A DNA stretch of 64,000 nt, from positions 4,778,123 through 4,842,122 of the forward strand of contig NW_002060944.1 of the NCBI RefSeq assembly GCF_000150275.1, in the 5' to 3' direction. The translations under genes were made by a program, and so were the position numbers. This DNA is from Trichoplax adhaerens (Eukaryota > Animalia > Placozoa). The notes under the pieces were generated by a model. The model saw only the letters and a program-made list of their open reading frames with translations. It ran no database searches and had not been told where the DNA came from. Positions 39,691 through 54,453 of the stretch are shown one piece after another (positions within the stretch are counted from its first letter, which is position 1; each line of letters opens with the position of its first letter).

Positions 39691-41157
39691 ATGATGAAAG
39701 TTTTACTCGTTGCCTTAGCAGTGATTGCTGTTGCTCATGCAGCCGTTATTGAGCGGAGTAAGTTCTACGTATTTATTTGGTATTAAGTTCTACGAGTAAT
39801 TAAATTAATCTTGGGCATCCGTTTTTTGTTGATCATCAAAGAAATTAGTCATCCTTATTGGTATTCTATCATAATCATCATGGAGATGATGATGTTCAAT
39901 AACTCATTATCGGCAGCGTCTGTAAAAATCGTTCAATTAATATTAGGAAAAAAATCGACCAATATGCGATGGATTCGCGCCGAAGATTATGATAGAATCG
40001 TGGGAGGATCTACTACTGATGCTCACGAATTTCCCTATCAGGTCTCGCTAGAATATAAATCGGGGGTTCTTGGTATCATATTTGCGGTGGAAGTATAATT
40101 GGCAACCGATAGGTGATTACTGCTGCTCATTGTGTTCATAAAACTGCTAAGAAAAAGCTGAGAGTTAACGTTGGCGATCATAATATCGAAGATGCTGAGG
40201 CCCAAATCATTGATTTACGCTCACTGTAAGATAAGCTGATAGACTGACTTTACATTAGCAAAGAGAAATCTATAATGATTTATTTCTATTACTCTAATTG
40301 CAAATCGTAATTCTATAGTTCTATAGTTTCCTTTTGATTATAATTAATTACTCCTCGTATTATTTACGTTATCTATATTTGAATTGAATTCCGTTAATTG
40401 GTATTTTAGGCATGTTCATTCTGGTTACAGTCCTTCTACTCTTGCTAATGATATTGCTTTACTCAAGCTGAAATCATCAGCTACTGCCAAGCCCCATACC
40501 TCTACTATTCAATGTGCTAGTGCAGATACAAAATTAATCGCTGGTGAGGATGTTCTCATAACTGGATGGGGTGCACTTGCAGAAGGAGGCTCACACCCTG
40601 ATAAACTACAAAAAGTAAAATTGCAACTTGTCAGCGATACTGATTGCGATGCTGAACATGGCAGTGAATTTATGCCCAAGGAAATATTTTGTGCTAGATA
40701 TAAACCAGGCGGTAAAGACTCTTGCCAAGGCGATAGTGATGGCCCAGTTGTTTATAAAGGCGATTTAATCGGTCTTGTTAGCTGGGGTTACGGTAAGAAT
40801 GACATGATAACAACCTTAATATAGCACTTTAACCGTACAGAAATTATCTATAGTATAAATAACCAATAATAATTTTGGTTTTGCTATTAATCATGTGCCA
40901 GTACTTCAAATCTATTATTAATCTAAATAGAATAAATTAGAGGATGTTTGAATAAGATTAAGCTTTAAATTAAGCCTATATTAAAAATCAATCGTAGAAC
41001 TATATAGCTGTTCAATGATACCTACACTTGCATAGTGTACGTTAAAATGGAATTAATTGTTCTATTTCATGTCCTAGGTTGTGCTTGCCCTGACATACCT
41101 GGAGTTTATACGCGTGTCAGCAACTATGAATCTTGGATTGCTAAAACCATGGGATAA
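39691..41157 (+). pseudogene. Trypsin-like serine protease pseudogene. Exons 39691-39757, 39947-40225, 40410-40792, 41078-41157
   Basis: Signal peptide, R|IVGG, TAAHC, DIALL and [11 protein letters not shown] are present. Lesions: a 1-nt deletion in the G-run at 40062-40066, TGG>TAG at 40110-40112, and GDSGGP changed to GDSDGP. Confidence 0.88.
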
Positions 41158-43450
41158 ATTATCTGATTTTGTATTGGCTTTATTGCTATGACAATATCAT
41201 AATTGCATCCATAGTCCGGCTATATTATAGCCAAGGAAACGATAACAACTTCGAAAAGTAGAAAGTAACAAATGATGTCGAATCTTTCTCCCTTAGTTGC
41301 ACAATTATTAGTCTTGAATTTTTACTAGAGATTAGGACGTAATGACTAATGGATTGATCGAAGTTTTCATTTGTTCATCTTTATGATAGCATGTACTGTA
41401 TTTGTATATTAATTTTTAGAAGGCTAATAATGTAGTAAATTGCTCAATTTATCAATACTAGATTGAGAGTATCATGATGAAAATGAAGAATGGCAAATTC
41501 ATTTCATTAGCAATTGCTATTAGAGCTAGCTTTTATTCAGAGTAAAATAAATTTTAAAATTGGCATGGATCAGAAAATGTTTTTTTATAGATATTAGTAT
41601 GAACACTATTAAGACATAGTATCTTGGTGGCATAGATTGTCAGTCATCAAGTTTATAATAATTTTAATCCACATCTTACAAATCGAACATATATTCAATT
41701 GCATATTGAAATAGTTTACTAAGCATTAGCAATTTCATAAGAGTAGACCAAGCCAATAAGCAAGCAGTTGTAATAATATCTTAACTGTTCTTGCACTCCG
41801 GAATCTCGTACTTAATTCTCTCAAACAGTGCTAACTTAATACACTATCGTATTATTAGAAAAATTGATATGAATTACATTTTTTCTTTAAATTTATATCG
41901 TTAGAGACCAGATGTTTTAAGATAGACTCGGAATGAAAAATGATAAGTTTGTTTATGCTACTGTATTGATATCCATAGTCTTAATAGATCGATGTTAACT
42001 CGTGTCAAAATATCTTTTAAGCTAGATATCACTGTATATCTCACCCAAGTTATTTCATCGAGTTAAGAATACATCAGCTAATGAAGAGTATAGAAGATTG
42101 TAATAGAGTCAGCACATCGTACCACTTGCCATTACCATAATAGTTCAAAAGTTATTTGTTAACTTCAATAAAGTGGTTATGAATAAACTTGAGTTGCTAG
42201 TCAGAAATTTCAATATGATCATTACTGCTGGTACGTAATCTCTCATTTGGCCGATGACTTTTATTAGTGTTACCACAGTTGATACATGATGGGTATTAAG
42301 TTACCGATATTATTTTTAGATAGACATACGAAGTACAGTAGAAGTAAGTGGTAAAAGTAGAATAAAGATGCGACCGTAAAAGGTGCATCTGCAATAAATT
42401 TGTAAATAATTTTACAGTTGCAAGTAATAACTTATTGAATCTCTTAAATGCGTAGCTCAAATAAGTCACGTAATGTTATTAATAAGGGCAATTATGTAGG
42501 CGTGTTGTAATTCTAGTACTAGCTCGCGTAGATTTAGATAACTGTAAGTGTCTCAAAATAGCTTTTATGATCGGGGTTGAACTAGACTATCTACTCTAAT
42601 TTATCACCGACTAAGTCCGGGATTTTCTCTAATCGTAACACGCTGAACCTTTAAATTGATTAAAGATAGAATTGGTACAGGAAATAAATTGTGACATAGA
42701 CCTTGATTTACACTCAGTATATATTTACTTATTTTGCAAGTAGCACTAATAAACCGCTAGCAACTTTGTCAAACTTTATATTTGCTCTTGTGGGAAATTT
42801 ATAAATTGAACATATTTCATTTTGCTAAATTGTTTGAGTAACAATAAACAGACACGCACAGACAGGCTATAAAAGTAAAATAGGTCTGATATATAGGCTT
42901 GTTGCAAAGAAATGGAAAATTTCTAGCTTTTCAATTTACGCCACAGCTTCATATATATTTTTCTAAATATTCTGTTGTTATACAAAAGATATCGGATGAG
43001 CCTTCCTGCAATGATTAGAATAAGACTACCGAAATACTTTGATGCAACCTTAATCCTTTGATTCCTATTCCTTTTATAATTTGTTGTTGATTACAATAAG
43101 AGATTCTAGAATCGTATCACGCATCTCAATGTCTATCATGAATAAATAATATTGTAATAAAGGAAGCCGTTCTTTCATGTTGATGGTTACTAAATTTATT
43201 CACAGAAATGTTCTACATCAGTAAATTGTCGAAGTTGGTAAAATTTTATCGCATTGTATAATTAGTACACTTCGAGAGCAAATCTTATTTCTTGATACAA
43301 ATAATAGCAGACTAATACGGATCACTAAAAATGTAGCTATAATAATTTTATCATCGTGTTACCATAGAATTTATCCAGATAATCATTAGTAAAGTTTACA
43401 CTTTCATATCTATAAAGACGAATACAAATATCATTAATTCCTACATTTAT

Positions 43451-43945
43451 AATCTAAAGTTTAAATTAATAGCTTAAATCTAATAATTGATCATACTTGA
43501 ACTTGTGATAATCCTTTGAATAATGATGAGGCTAGTTCTTTAAAGACGATATAGAATATGAAAAAAAAAATAGCAAAGAACTGAAATAGATAAGCAATTC
43601 TATATATGAGGATGAAAATACATATTTTAGAGATGCGCTGAAGTACTATGTATTTCTAAAGCAATCTATAGAAGATGGATTAAGTTATAAGCTATAAAAC
43701 AGTAAGGATAAATTAATTAAATCAATTGAAGTAGTTATACAAGTATCTTGCCAAATATCTGAAGTAGAGATAATAATCTCACGTATATGGTCGTTTGATA
43801 AAAGCTATTCACGTGATGGATTACGAAATTCTTATACTTTTCAAAAACTATTTTATTAGCTAATCATACCTAATATTCAAATTGGATCGAAGGTGTACAT
43901 AGACAAATCTGCAGTTGCTCTCTAGCTAACTTAGTGTGACAATGT
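43451..43945. repeat. Non-coding block of about 0.5 kb, copy B
   Basis: Direct-orientation match to 36122-36636. Confidence 0.9.
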
Positions 43946-46309
43946 TACCGTCATTATGAAAAATCCGTGATTTTACAAAATACCTCATATCAACTAAAAA
44001 GTTACGAGATTGATGATAGTCACTACGGTATATAGTAGCTGTGATGAATAATAATTTTCTCGTAAATAGGATTATGGTCTGTTATTATGAGTATTATATT
44101 ACAAGACCAAATATAAGCAAAGTCCTACGTCGTTCTGGGCCTTATTACTTACCGGTAATAATAGCAGCAGTATATATAGTTCCTGGTGTTGGGGGCCTAG
44201 CAATCAAAACCATCTATGACAGGAAGCTCAAACTATCTCACATCTTATAAGGAATGATAAATCAACTATCAGTAGTTAATCAGTATTTTAGTTTTTATAA
44301 ATAATATCATAGGTTCGAATGTGGACCTTAGATATTCAGGCTGCACATCCATATTTTTGGATAAACTAGCTTTCTTGATCAATCTTTAAACCGGTGAAAC
44401 ATTAAATATTTCACTTTTTATCACATAAGCTTTAAAGCTTTTACACTCGTATATCACATATTTTTTCTCGCTTTGAAGTCATTAGAGAAAGGAAGTACCA
44501 ATATTAAGTTAAGGAGATTATCATACAAATTTCATTGCTTGTTCTTAAAAACATAAATTTGATGTTCCATAGTTCACAATTGAACCGTTTCTAATGTTAG
44601 CATTTTTTCTGACTGATATAGCTGTTAAATCGGTCTAAAGTAAATATTTGATTGATCATAAGGTAATTTTGTTATTTTCAAAAAAGTAATCAAACTGCTT
44701 CTTAATGCAGTTTTGTTTATCTAATTCCAACGAATTACCGAATGGGTCGTTACTTTTAAAGTCATTGCCATGCCCATGAACTGTACTGCCCTTGGCAACT
44801 AAGGCCTTAATTGATTACTTGATGTTAGAGTTTGACTAAACTTGAACTATTTAATTATGGAATAAATCATTGATTGATTGTCAACAAACATGATGAAATG
44901 TGCAATTTATTTTTCCCATTTAACTAATTAACTCCAATTAACAATAACGCTAATTGGATTAGATTTGAATGTTTGCACTTCACTAAGTAACTTAATGGAC
45001 ACCAATTGCTATAAAAACAAGCGACTTTCAGCGATAATCATCACATCTAACCAGTTTTAAGGTATGTTGGATAGTTAAACTGAGGAATCAACAGTAAACT
45101 ATCGCAGCCTAATTTATCTAATTTGGATTAGAATAAATCTATTCTATCGGTAATTCAGTTGTTATCATAAATTAGTGATAGCTCCATAACTTTGATAGAC
45201 TACAATATTTTTGCACCATTCTGAGTTAGTATTATGTGTAGTGTTGGTTTTGTTACCTAATGAGGATATGTTGTTGCGGTAGTCGTTTATTTTATTTATA
45301 AAATTTTCGATTGATAAATTTTTATTTCATCATCATTTACAATTCATTATTACACTTAATCTTTTAATTTCATGTATTGTATTGTTCCTGTAACTCAGTT
45401 CTACGTCCAAGTATAAAAAAATTACTAAAGTTTTTTATCTATTACTTTAGTTTAAGTATTTCTAGACATCGGAAACTATCCATAAATGCCAATTTAAATG
45501 TATTATAGTGAAGTTATATTTTAAGTTTTTTCTATAAATAGTATGAAATTGAAGCATGTTTATCATCTTTACGTTATCTATTCTTTTACTCTAGTTTGAC
45601 CACAAGGATATGGAATACTATTTCCCACGTTCCTTAGCTATCAAATATTTTAAGCTATTAGTGGACAGTTAGGGTTATCGCTAATCTTTGACAAAGTAGA
45701 TCACATGATTTTATCTTCTTAGACATATCATTTTATGCATTTTAAATCGTTGATCCATAGATATATGAGATTTTCTTACCTGCTTCCTTGAAGAATTTTA
45801 GTTTATTATCGCAACCAACACTTTTTACCTTACCGAAAATAGTTGATACTACCATATACCTGCAAAGTAAAAGCAAAATTTGACTCAAACCCAGACTAAT
45901 GCTGTCTATCTAGTATTAATCCTTTATTGCTGTGGTCTCAATATTTTTTACGCGTATGACTCAAATTTTTAATAATAATCTTTTCCTATCTAGATTAATT
46001 GACAGCTTTATTTTTAGTACTCTGACAGATATTATGAGATGACTGCGCTAAGAATTCATTTTGTGAATTCTTTAAATATGTATTTCGTGGTTGAAAAAAT
46101 TGATACATCATTTTTTCTGCATCTATTGCATCAATAATGTGATCCAAAATCGAAAATGATATTTATTCAAATTCAATAGGAAGGAATGAATGACAAATAG
46201 CGTCAAGTAGACACAGATAGAATAATTACGATGATAATATTTATTGCATGTTCTAACACTATTTTTATTCACTGTGATAGATAACTCGTTTGTGAAGATA
46301 AAATCCAAG

Positions 46310-48681
46310 ATGAAAGTTTTGCTCATTGCATTAGCGGTCCTAGCCGTTGCCAATGCGGCTATTATTGATGCCCGTTAGTTTGTATTTCTTTAAGATCATT
46401 TTGTAATTAAAATCAAATTTAAATTTTCTTTTTACTTTTCCATAATTATAGTACTTGATATTATTGTTGACATTCTTTAATGCTTCTATTTAAATGAGGA
46501 TAATAAATCACTTGTATCGATGATTAATTCTTTAACTCAAAACTAGGAAATAAAAAAGTCAGTATGCGAGTGATGCTCGCTGACGACTATAACAGGATTG
46601 TCGGTGGAAGTGAGGCTAGCAAACATGAATTTCCTTACCAGATCTCACTTGAGCAAAAATATGGCAAAAGTTGGTATCACATTTGTGGTGGAAGTATAAT
46701 TGACAGCAAATGGGTTCTTACAGCTGCTCATTGTGTTGAGGGTGCTAAAGCACGAAAATTGAGAGTCAATGTTGGCGATCATAGTATTGAAGATGCTACT
46801 GAACAGATTATTTCTTTAAGAAGATCGTAAGCAAGCCAATAAACTTGATATTTACTAATTGAATTATAACTTAATAACTAATTCACTTCTAAGGCATGAT
46901 CCTTATTCTCGCCATATATAATAGAACATTATATCATCTTGATTAAATTTGTTCTCCAATTTATTAATATTTGCGCATAAATAACTTATAATTCCGTTAG
47001 AATTGTCCATTCTGCCTACGATTCTAATAGCCTCGTCAATGATATTGCCTTGCTCGAGTTGTCTGAATCAGCTACAGCCAAGAGCAATACCGCTACAATT
47101 CCTTGTGCTTCAAAAGCTACAACCATGTCTGATGGAGATACTGTCACTGTAACTGGTTGGGGTACACTTTCATCTGGTGGTTCATCTCCCGATACATTGC
47201 ATAAAGTAAATGTGAATTATTTTGATGATTCCAAATGCTTGAGTGCATACGGCAGTGAATTCTCTGCTAAGGAAATGTTTTGCGCTGGAGTAAACGGAGG
47301 TGGTAAAGATTCTTGCCAAGGCGATAGTGGCGGTCCAGCCGCTTCTGGCGGAAGATTAGTTGGTGTTGTCAGCTGGGGCTACGGTAAGAATATTGTTCTA
47401 ACATCGATTGCCAACATATCAGTATATGCAAGCTAGAATAGCATTAGTGGTGTAAGCTAATATTCAAGCATCGATAATAGATAAAATGTATACGAAGAAC
47501 TTAAATAATAGCAACTATATATAATATTGAAATTTAGACACACTAAGGATAGAAAACTGATCTTATTATTGTAGTACCTTGGTTGTAAGTTGATAACTTT
47601 AGTAATATGCAGCAATAACATTCAGTTTCTAATAGTTAATAATGTACCAGAGCTAAAATATTCCTTTACTTTTGCATTATTGACATTCCTTACCGTACTT
47701 ATCGCACAGTTTATAATTTTAAAATTTAGCTTACAATATAGCTAGTTAATATACCAGTAGTACTAAGCATTCCAATATAAGAGAGTTTCGCCATATCCCG
47801 ATTATAATAATAGGCAAGAAGTCGTTAAAATATGCTTGCTGGCGGAAAAAATTAGAGCATCGCGATACACTTATATTTATAAAAAGATGATATAAACGAC
47901 ATAAATTAACAATGGAATATCAAGTACTATAAATGAATAGTTACAAGAGCTAAAATATTCCTTCATTATATTAAAAGACGTGCATGCTAGTAACGTTTCA
48001 AATGTAGATGAAAGCAAAAAATCTCATCGGGGATGTTACCGTTCGTTAATCCTAGGAAAATGACAATACTTTGTAGAATTAACAATTTAATATGCAGATG
48101 ACCTAAATAAACTGTGCCCTGAATTATACATATTGATGTCAATAACATGTCAAAATGTGAACAAGCTACAAAAATCAAGTTATTCTCCCTACTTCCCATT
48201 TCTGGATAAGAAGTATAGTTATACACTTGTATTTATACTGCTAAATATTTAAAATTTATCCAATATCAAATGATAACTGCTTAATATCGAATGATATTTC
48301 AAAAATGTAAATGAGCTAAAACATTGTAAATAGTGTTCATAAATTTGTTAGTATTGATAGCAAATCAAAGTTTTCATATTGCTATAGATTTTATCATGAT
48401 AGTTTCATTAATTTTTAAACTGAATTGAGATAAATAGAATCTGATATAACAACATACTCGCAAGATCTAACATTGGCATAGAGTTATCAGAGTAGCAAAT
48501 TGAGTTATATATAGAATAATTATATGTACCTAGTTGCAACGTGTTGTAGAATACCGAATTGAACCCATTTGTGCTATTTTATTCCGTAGGCTGTGCCGAT
48601 GCACAATATCCTGGCGTTTATACGCGTGTCAGCAATTATCAGGATTGGATCGAGGGATATGCCGGCAAAATAATCAATTAA
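46310..48681 (+). CDS. Secreted trypsin (S1A) preproenzyme. Exons 46310-46373, 46547-46826, 47001-47383, 48590-48681
   Basis: Signal peptide [16 protein letters not shown], activation site R|IVGG, catalytic motifs LTAAHC / NDIALL / GDSGGP, S1-pocket Asp (GKDSCQ) and PGVYTRVS. The frame is intact. Confidence 0.95.
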
Positions 48682-51037
48682 TTTATTGCTATGGAAACTC
48701 TTACCTAGGCTTATATTCTTTTCTGTAGCAATAGAATACACATAAGTAACCTAGGATACAGACAATTAGATGTTATCTTGCGTGTACAGATAGGTCATCT
48801 TAAACCTAGGTTTACTCTAGAATTATACGTAGGTATAACAATTTACTTGGTAGGTTGAGATTCTTATAAATATTCCCTTGTGATAGCGTATACGTTTTTT
48901 CTTGCGTTGGTAGAATGTCTATCATCTCAAAGATTGCTTAGTTATCGTGTCATTAAAGGATTATTCATTAAATCGTTTGTTAATGATATCAAAGGCATAT
49001 CATAATCAAATTTACAAGTTAATAAATTTTACATTTGGCATTTGATCAGAAAGTAGATTTATCATTTTTGTTGATAGTATAGGTAGTATTATCAAGACTA
49101 CACTCTCGTATCAGTTCTTATCCGGATATTTTATCTAATTTAAGTTAATTTACTGAATTACTTTGTACATTAGCCAAATATAAGCAAGCTATGAAATAAT
49201 GTCATATTAACATGCAGTAAGCAGTGCAGCTCTAATATATATCATAACCACTCCTACACTTTGGAATGATCTGTCGAATTTCCTCAAGTAAAGTCAAGAT
49301 ATTTCTATTTCATTATGAAGATAATTACATTACTTTTGTAGCACAAAAAATTTTCCAGTATCACTATAGAAAGCATGTTATAAGACAGACTTCTATTTAG
49401 GTATGATTAATATCGTTAAGCTTATATTTCTGATGGTGTAAATAGTCTTACTAAATGCGCGTGAATCTCTACCAAGGATCTCAAATGTTACCTGCCGAAT
49501 TATATATTGTCAAGCCTATAGTATGAAAAAGGCTAGTTATTGAATTACTAGTAGAGATTAAGACAGTACTGATTGAATACGCGTTATAATTTGGGATTGC
49601 CCTGCTAGATTTATTTTAGATATGGCTAACGTTCCTAATTCTTCATACTGATTTCGATTTAATTAATCATGATCAGCATAAGTTATAGTACGATTACTTA
49701 TTTCATGCACTTCTATTTACAGAAAATAGATAATAAAACGAATTGCTTAATTTTTTGAATGTTTGATCAAAGTTATGTTATAAGTAATACTTAGCTATTC
49801 ATTTAATTGGTTTAATTATAATAATAAGTGTCTATTAATTATGTTATAAGTGTATTAATTGATATGATACTATCAATATTTATTTGCATAAACATAGCAA
49901 TTTTATGTTTTAGAATGTGTAGTTTTCCTGGCACGAAGGTTTTGCTATGAGACTCCAACATATTTTATGCTAATCATATCATTGATGCTACAAAATATTT
50001 TAAATTTAGAAACCTAGATATCTGTGTGACTGTAGAGAAGGAATACATTCTATAGTTAGATATTTTTGCTAGAGAATTATTCTTATTCTGAAATACTTTA
50101 TTGCAGTATCGAAATTTTAGCTATACATATATAAAATATTGCATAGTATTTCCGGTGATTGAAATCTGAACTGCTTATTAAGTTGAATGATAATTTAAAA
50201 TCATTTCAACCACCATATTTAGATTAATTACTTTTATTTCTTTTAATCAAAACACATAAAGATAATTTTTTTAATAAAAATAGTGGATATTTGTTTCATT
50301 ATTAAATATATTCCTTTAATGCTAAGGCTAAGTAAACTAGTTTGTTAATTATAACATTTTGCATAAGCTTAATCACTTATTGCTTTGTGATGTGAATAAG
50401 CTCAATTTTTTCCAGACACCTTCGAAATTCGATTGATAATATTTACAGCTAGAGATTGAGACATATTAAATAGGTATATCACATACGAAGAAAAATTCAA
50501 AAAGACCTACATAAAATATTTCAATTTTAGGCTATAACTCGTATCTATACTAGAGTAAATTTAACTTAGGTTGAGCTGTGAAAATCATTGTAAGAAATGA
50601 TAAGGATAACCTAATCAATTCATTTATATTGTATTCAAACCTCCTCGTATTAATTTCATATTAATTAAGACAAGTAAAACTGATTCATCTGACCATTAGC
50701 TTCTTGACTAGACTTAATGTCTATATCTTCTATTGGATTGAAATGATTAGAAAAATCTTGTGATACCATTTCAATTAGAGACAACGGCGACATGACTCAT
50801 TACTATTGAAAATGAACGATGCCTATACACTTTGTAATATTTAAATTTTTGGTCATGGTATTTATCTGTATATTTGATTCTAACGATATACTACTGCATG
50901 GCTAATGGCAGCTTTTCATATACAACGAAGTTTGTGATAAAAGAAATACTATTTATCATTTCTGTAAAGTGATGTATATGTACAGAAGATTGACCAATAG
51001 ATTATTAGTGTAATGTTAACAATAAAGTTTGATGTTA

Positions 51038-52809
51038 TCAATATGTAGCTACCCATCGATGGTTTCGTTTAGCCATTTGCCTCATCCTTAAAATGTTTGC
51101 ATCAACTTCAGCATTAGCTTTCCTTTCCGATATACTCCTATGTAATTGTTTCTCACTTAATTTTAACGATTCTATATTGTCGTTAATCGTTACTAGCATA
51201 TCAACTAGTTCTGTTGCTTTTCCATGAATTTGAAATTTCTGACCATTTATTGTGGTTGGAACAATCGATTGAAATTTGCCCGATACTGTATGCTGGGTCT
51301 ATTAATAAAATTAAGGTTAGTATTTCATAACCCAAATGTGCACGATTAAATAACTAAGCTAATCTATTTAGCTCACCATTGGTATTCCGCATGCCCTATC
51401 GATAGCTTGTTGAGCTCTTTGTTGTCGCAATCTAGAATATCTAGTGGCACATCGCTGTAGTTCCACTTGTGCCTATCCATAAAATTAGTTTTGATCAATA
51501 TTGATGACAATTACTACTGACAGTCTATCTAAGCTATAGATCAAACAATACATACGCGTACATGATAAAAATTTATTATTAATATAATTGAAAAAGAATC
51601 ATCTTGATTTTGAGCAACATATTAGGAAGTTGATAAAAAAATATTGAAATATTTGTAGCATGGAACCATTTGTTGGCATTAAAAATTACTTGGCATTCTG
51701 CTACTAGTAGCTTAAGAACAAATTACCTTCGCTGACGATGCACTTTGCAAATCTTGTCGTAAGTTGGTATCAACAGCATTAAATGTTGCTTGTTGTATCC
51801 ATTCCGTATTCTCAAGGGCACTTTTTGATTGCTGACGAAGTGATTTGGAAAATCTGCAAACTGCATTGACTCCTTCGATTAATTTACCGACGCTAATACT
51901 TGGCGATACTTCATGATTAATATCATCAGCAGTTTTAATGGCTTGGCTTTGACGGATATATTTTTCAACAACGGCAGTCTTTGAGGTGGCACTAACAATA
52001 TGCTGTTGTGTTGATTTAATAGTCTTGCTACGTTGTTGGATAGCATCATGTAGGCTATTTCGAGTACGACCTAATTTTTGTAAATGTTCCAGTACAGCTT
52101 GAAGTTGCATTTCAAGCGATTGCTTGATTTTTAATAGTGTATTTCGTTCTTTACCAATCTGTTTATCGGCAATACCTAGTGTGGCCTTTTTAGTTGAATC
52201 GTATTGAAATAGTAATTGGTTATGATGAGTGAGAGATAGCGTAATTTTAGATAGACTTTTAAGATACCTCATAGTCAGCTTACGTGCATATTACAGTAAT
52301 ACTACAACATTAATCAAAGCTAATACGTAATAAAATTTCATTTCATTTTTAAACTTAACTATTCCATTAAACAGAACTTGTCTACGCGTCTCTTTAGAAT
52401 ATCTCGATTGCAAATAAACGGGCGTACTTAGATTACTGTAACTTACCGCACTTTTTCCTAGGCGTGTCGATATTGCTGAAGAGCATCTAGAATTGACCAA
52501 GATATTCCGTCGGACCTTGTCCAACGATGCTTCTAGTGAATTCTTACATTTATTTAATTGCTTAATTTCCTCATTAGTCTTATTGATGTTATCGTATAAC
52601 GCTTGAATAGATGCTCTCGCATCTCGCATTAAGATATGAGCTGTATTATTATTTTGATGGATTAATTTTTGCATAGCTACTGGAAGGCTTAGCGATTTAG
52701 TTTTAGCATAAAACTTTTCGGTTTCTTGAATGACTGTTGATGCACCTTGCAACGTATTCCTAGGTTTATAGTAATTGCGTCCCTTATACTGTACTCTAGC
52801 ATTAGCCAT
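51038..52809 (-). CDS. Tektin-like coiled-coil protein, CCDC105/TEKTL1-like. Exons 52809-52447, 52185-51727, 51472-51377, 51298-51038
   Basis: Four phase-0-joined exons encode heptad-rich helices (EEIKQLNKCKNSLEASLDKVRRNILVN; KERNTLLKIKQSLEMQLQAVLEHLQKL) and a C-terminal VDANILRMRQ...HRWV. The family call rests on remembered resemblance only. Confidence 0.6.
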
Positions 52810-54453
52810 GATAGTGGTTAAAGAATGGATTGAGATTGGCAATATACTTTAAATCCAACTGGTGGTTTCAATGCTGCTGTAACCTATTGACTCGAATTAG
52901 TGCTAATAGCAATTTTCTTGATGATATTTTATCTTGCTCTATCGATAATTGGGTGATTGAAATCTTTCTTGTTCACCAATTTGATGTCACATGAGTAATC
53001 AATTTACACGCTGTCGAACCTTGTGCTAGCAATTAATGTCCTTATTCGGAATGAGGATATGTCATAAGTTCACTTTTATTACCGTTGAAATAAGTTAGTA
53101 GCCGATGTCGAATTGAGAGACAATTTTATGGCAACAACAACACGTCAAGTCTAGTCCAGTCTGCTTTATCACTATAGCAACAGCGTTTAGTGTTATTAGA
53201 TATGTTATTCCAAATATTAACAAAAAAATAATTTATTCATGCGTATTATCATTATTATTATTATGCTGAACTAATAATTAATTAGCGGCCTTAAAAGTAG
53301 AGGTAATGATTTATATGTGCTGGCAAGATACATTCTGTATACTGTAGTATTGCAACATCCAGTTCAATCGCTATTAGTATATTATAATAAATAAATAAAG
53401 CGTAAAGTATGATTAGTCCTCAGCATCTATTGCATTGAAAACAGGCCGCATTTTAGTTAATTATTCATCAGAACTATTATTATGCTGAATTAAGAATGAT
53501 TATAATTAATATCCGTCTCAAGAGTAGAGGTACTCATGCACTCATGCTATATAATATACTAACTATGATATAAAGGTGTTTAGTAGCTTCTCGCCTGCAG
53601 GCATTCTAAGGTGACAAAAAAGCACCACAAGCATAAGAGGAAATGGCGTCAAGTAATCTGCTAGCTATAAAATACTGTCTAAAATACAAGTTTAAAGTAA
53701 AGATACATTAGTCAGTATGCTGTAGCAAGAGGATACGAATGGAATGTAAAATAATTTGCACAGAATCGATGCACGAATAAAGTGTCTACTCTTGTGCATC
53801 TTATTTGGTCATACGGGTATAATCCATTATAGTAAAGCAACGCTAACAGTACTTAATTATGCGGTCTAAGTGGATATTCTAATCGCTCTATGTGACAATT
53901 GACTCGACATTTCATTCTGCATCGGGAGCAAAATTGATGACACCAACCATGATCTACTCATCTCTCGCCATGGAATACGCTAGACGTTTATACATTTGGA
54001 AGCATACAATATTATATAGTGCTAGCGAATGTACTGTACAGTGTACAGTAGCGTAAGTGGCTGGCCAACTACTGAAACCATAGATCAAAAGTCAGTCAAA
54101 TTAAAGCCATACGATAAGACTCGAAAGATACCATATCCCTGTCGGAACCTTCCATCATTGCTACTCCAAGCTCTCAAAATGATAGCAAAATGAGTTTTAT
54201 GATGCTCAAATTTTGTTGGATCAAGCCTATTTTAACGTTATAATGAAGTTACACTTATGATATAATCCTAGAATTGGTAGGTACAGCAGTATTGCAATAT
54301 TGAAAGAGTTACAGCAATTATTATAGCCAAGTCATGGTGATGACTTAGTCCTTGATCGAGGATGCATTTAACGACAGAAGTAAAACTAAGCAACTTTCAC
54401 TGTTGGATTAATTGACCTTGAGAAATCGTCAAAATCAAGCCAATTATTATATT

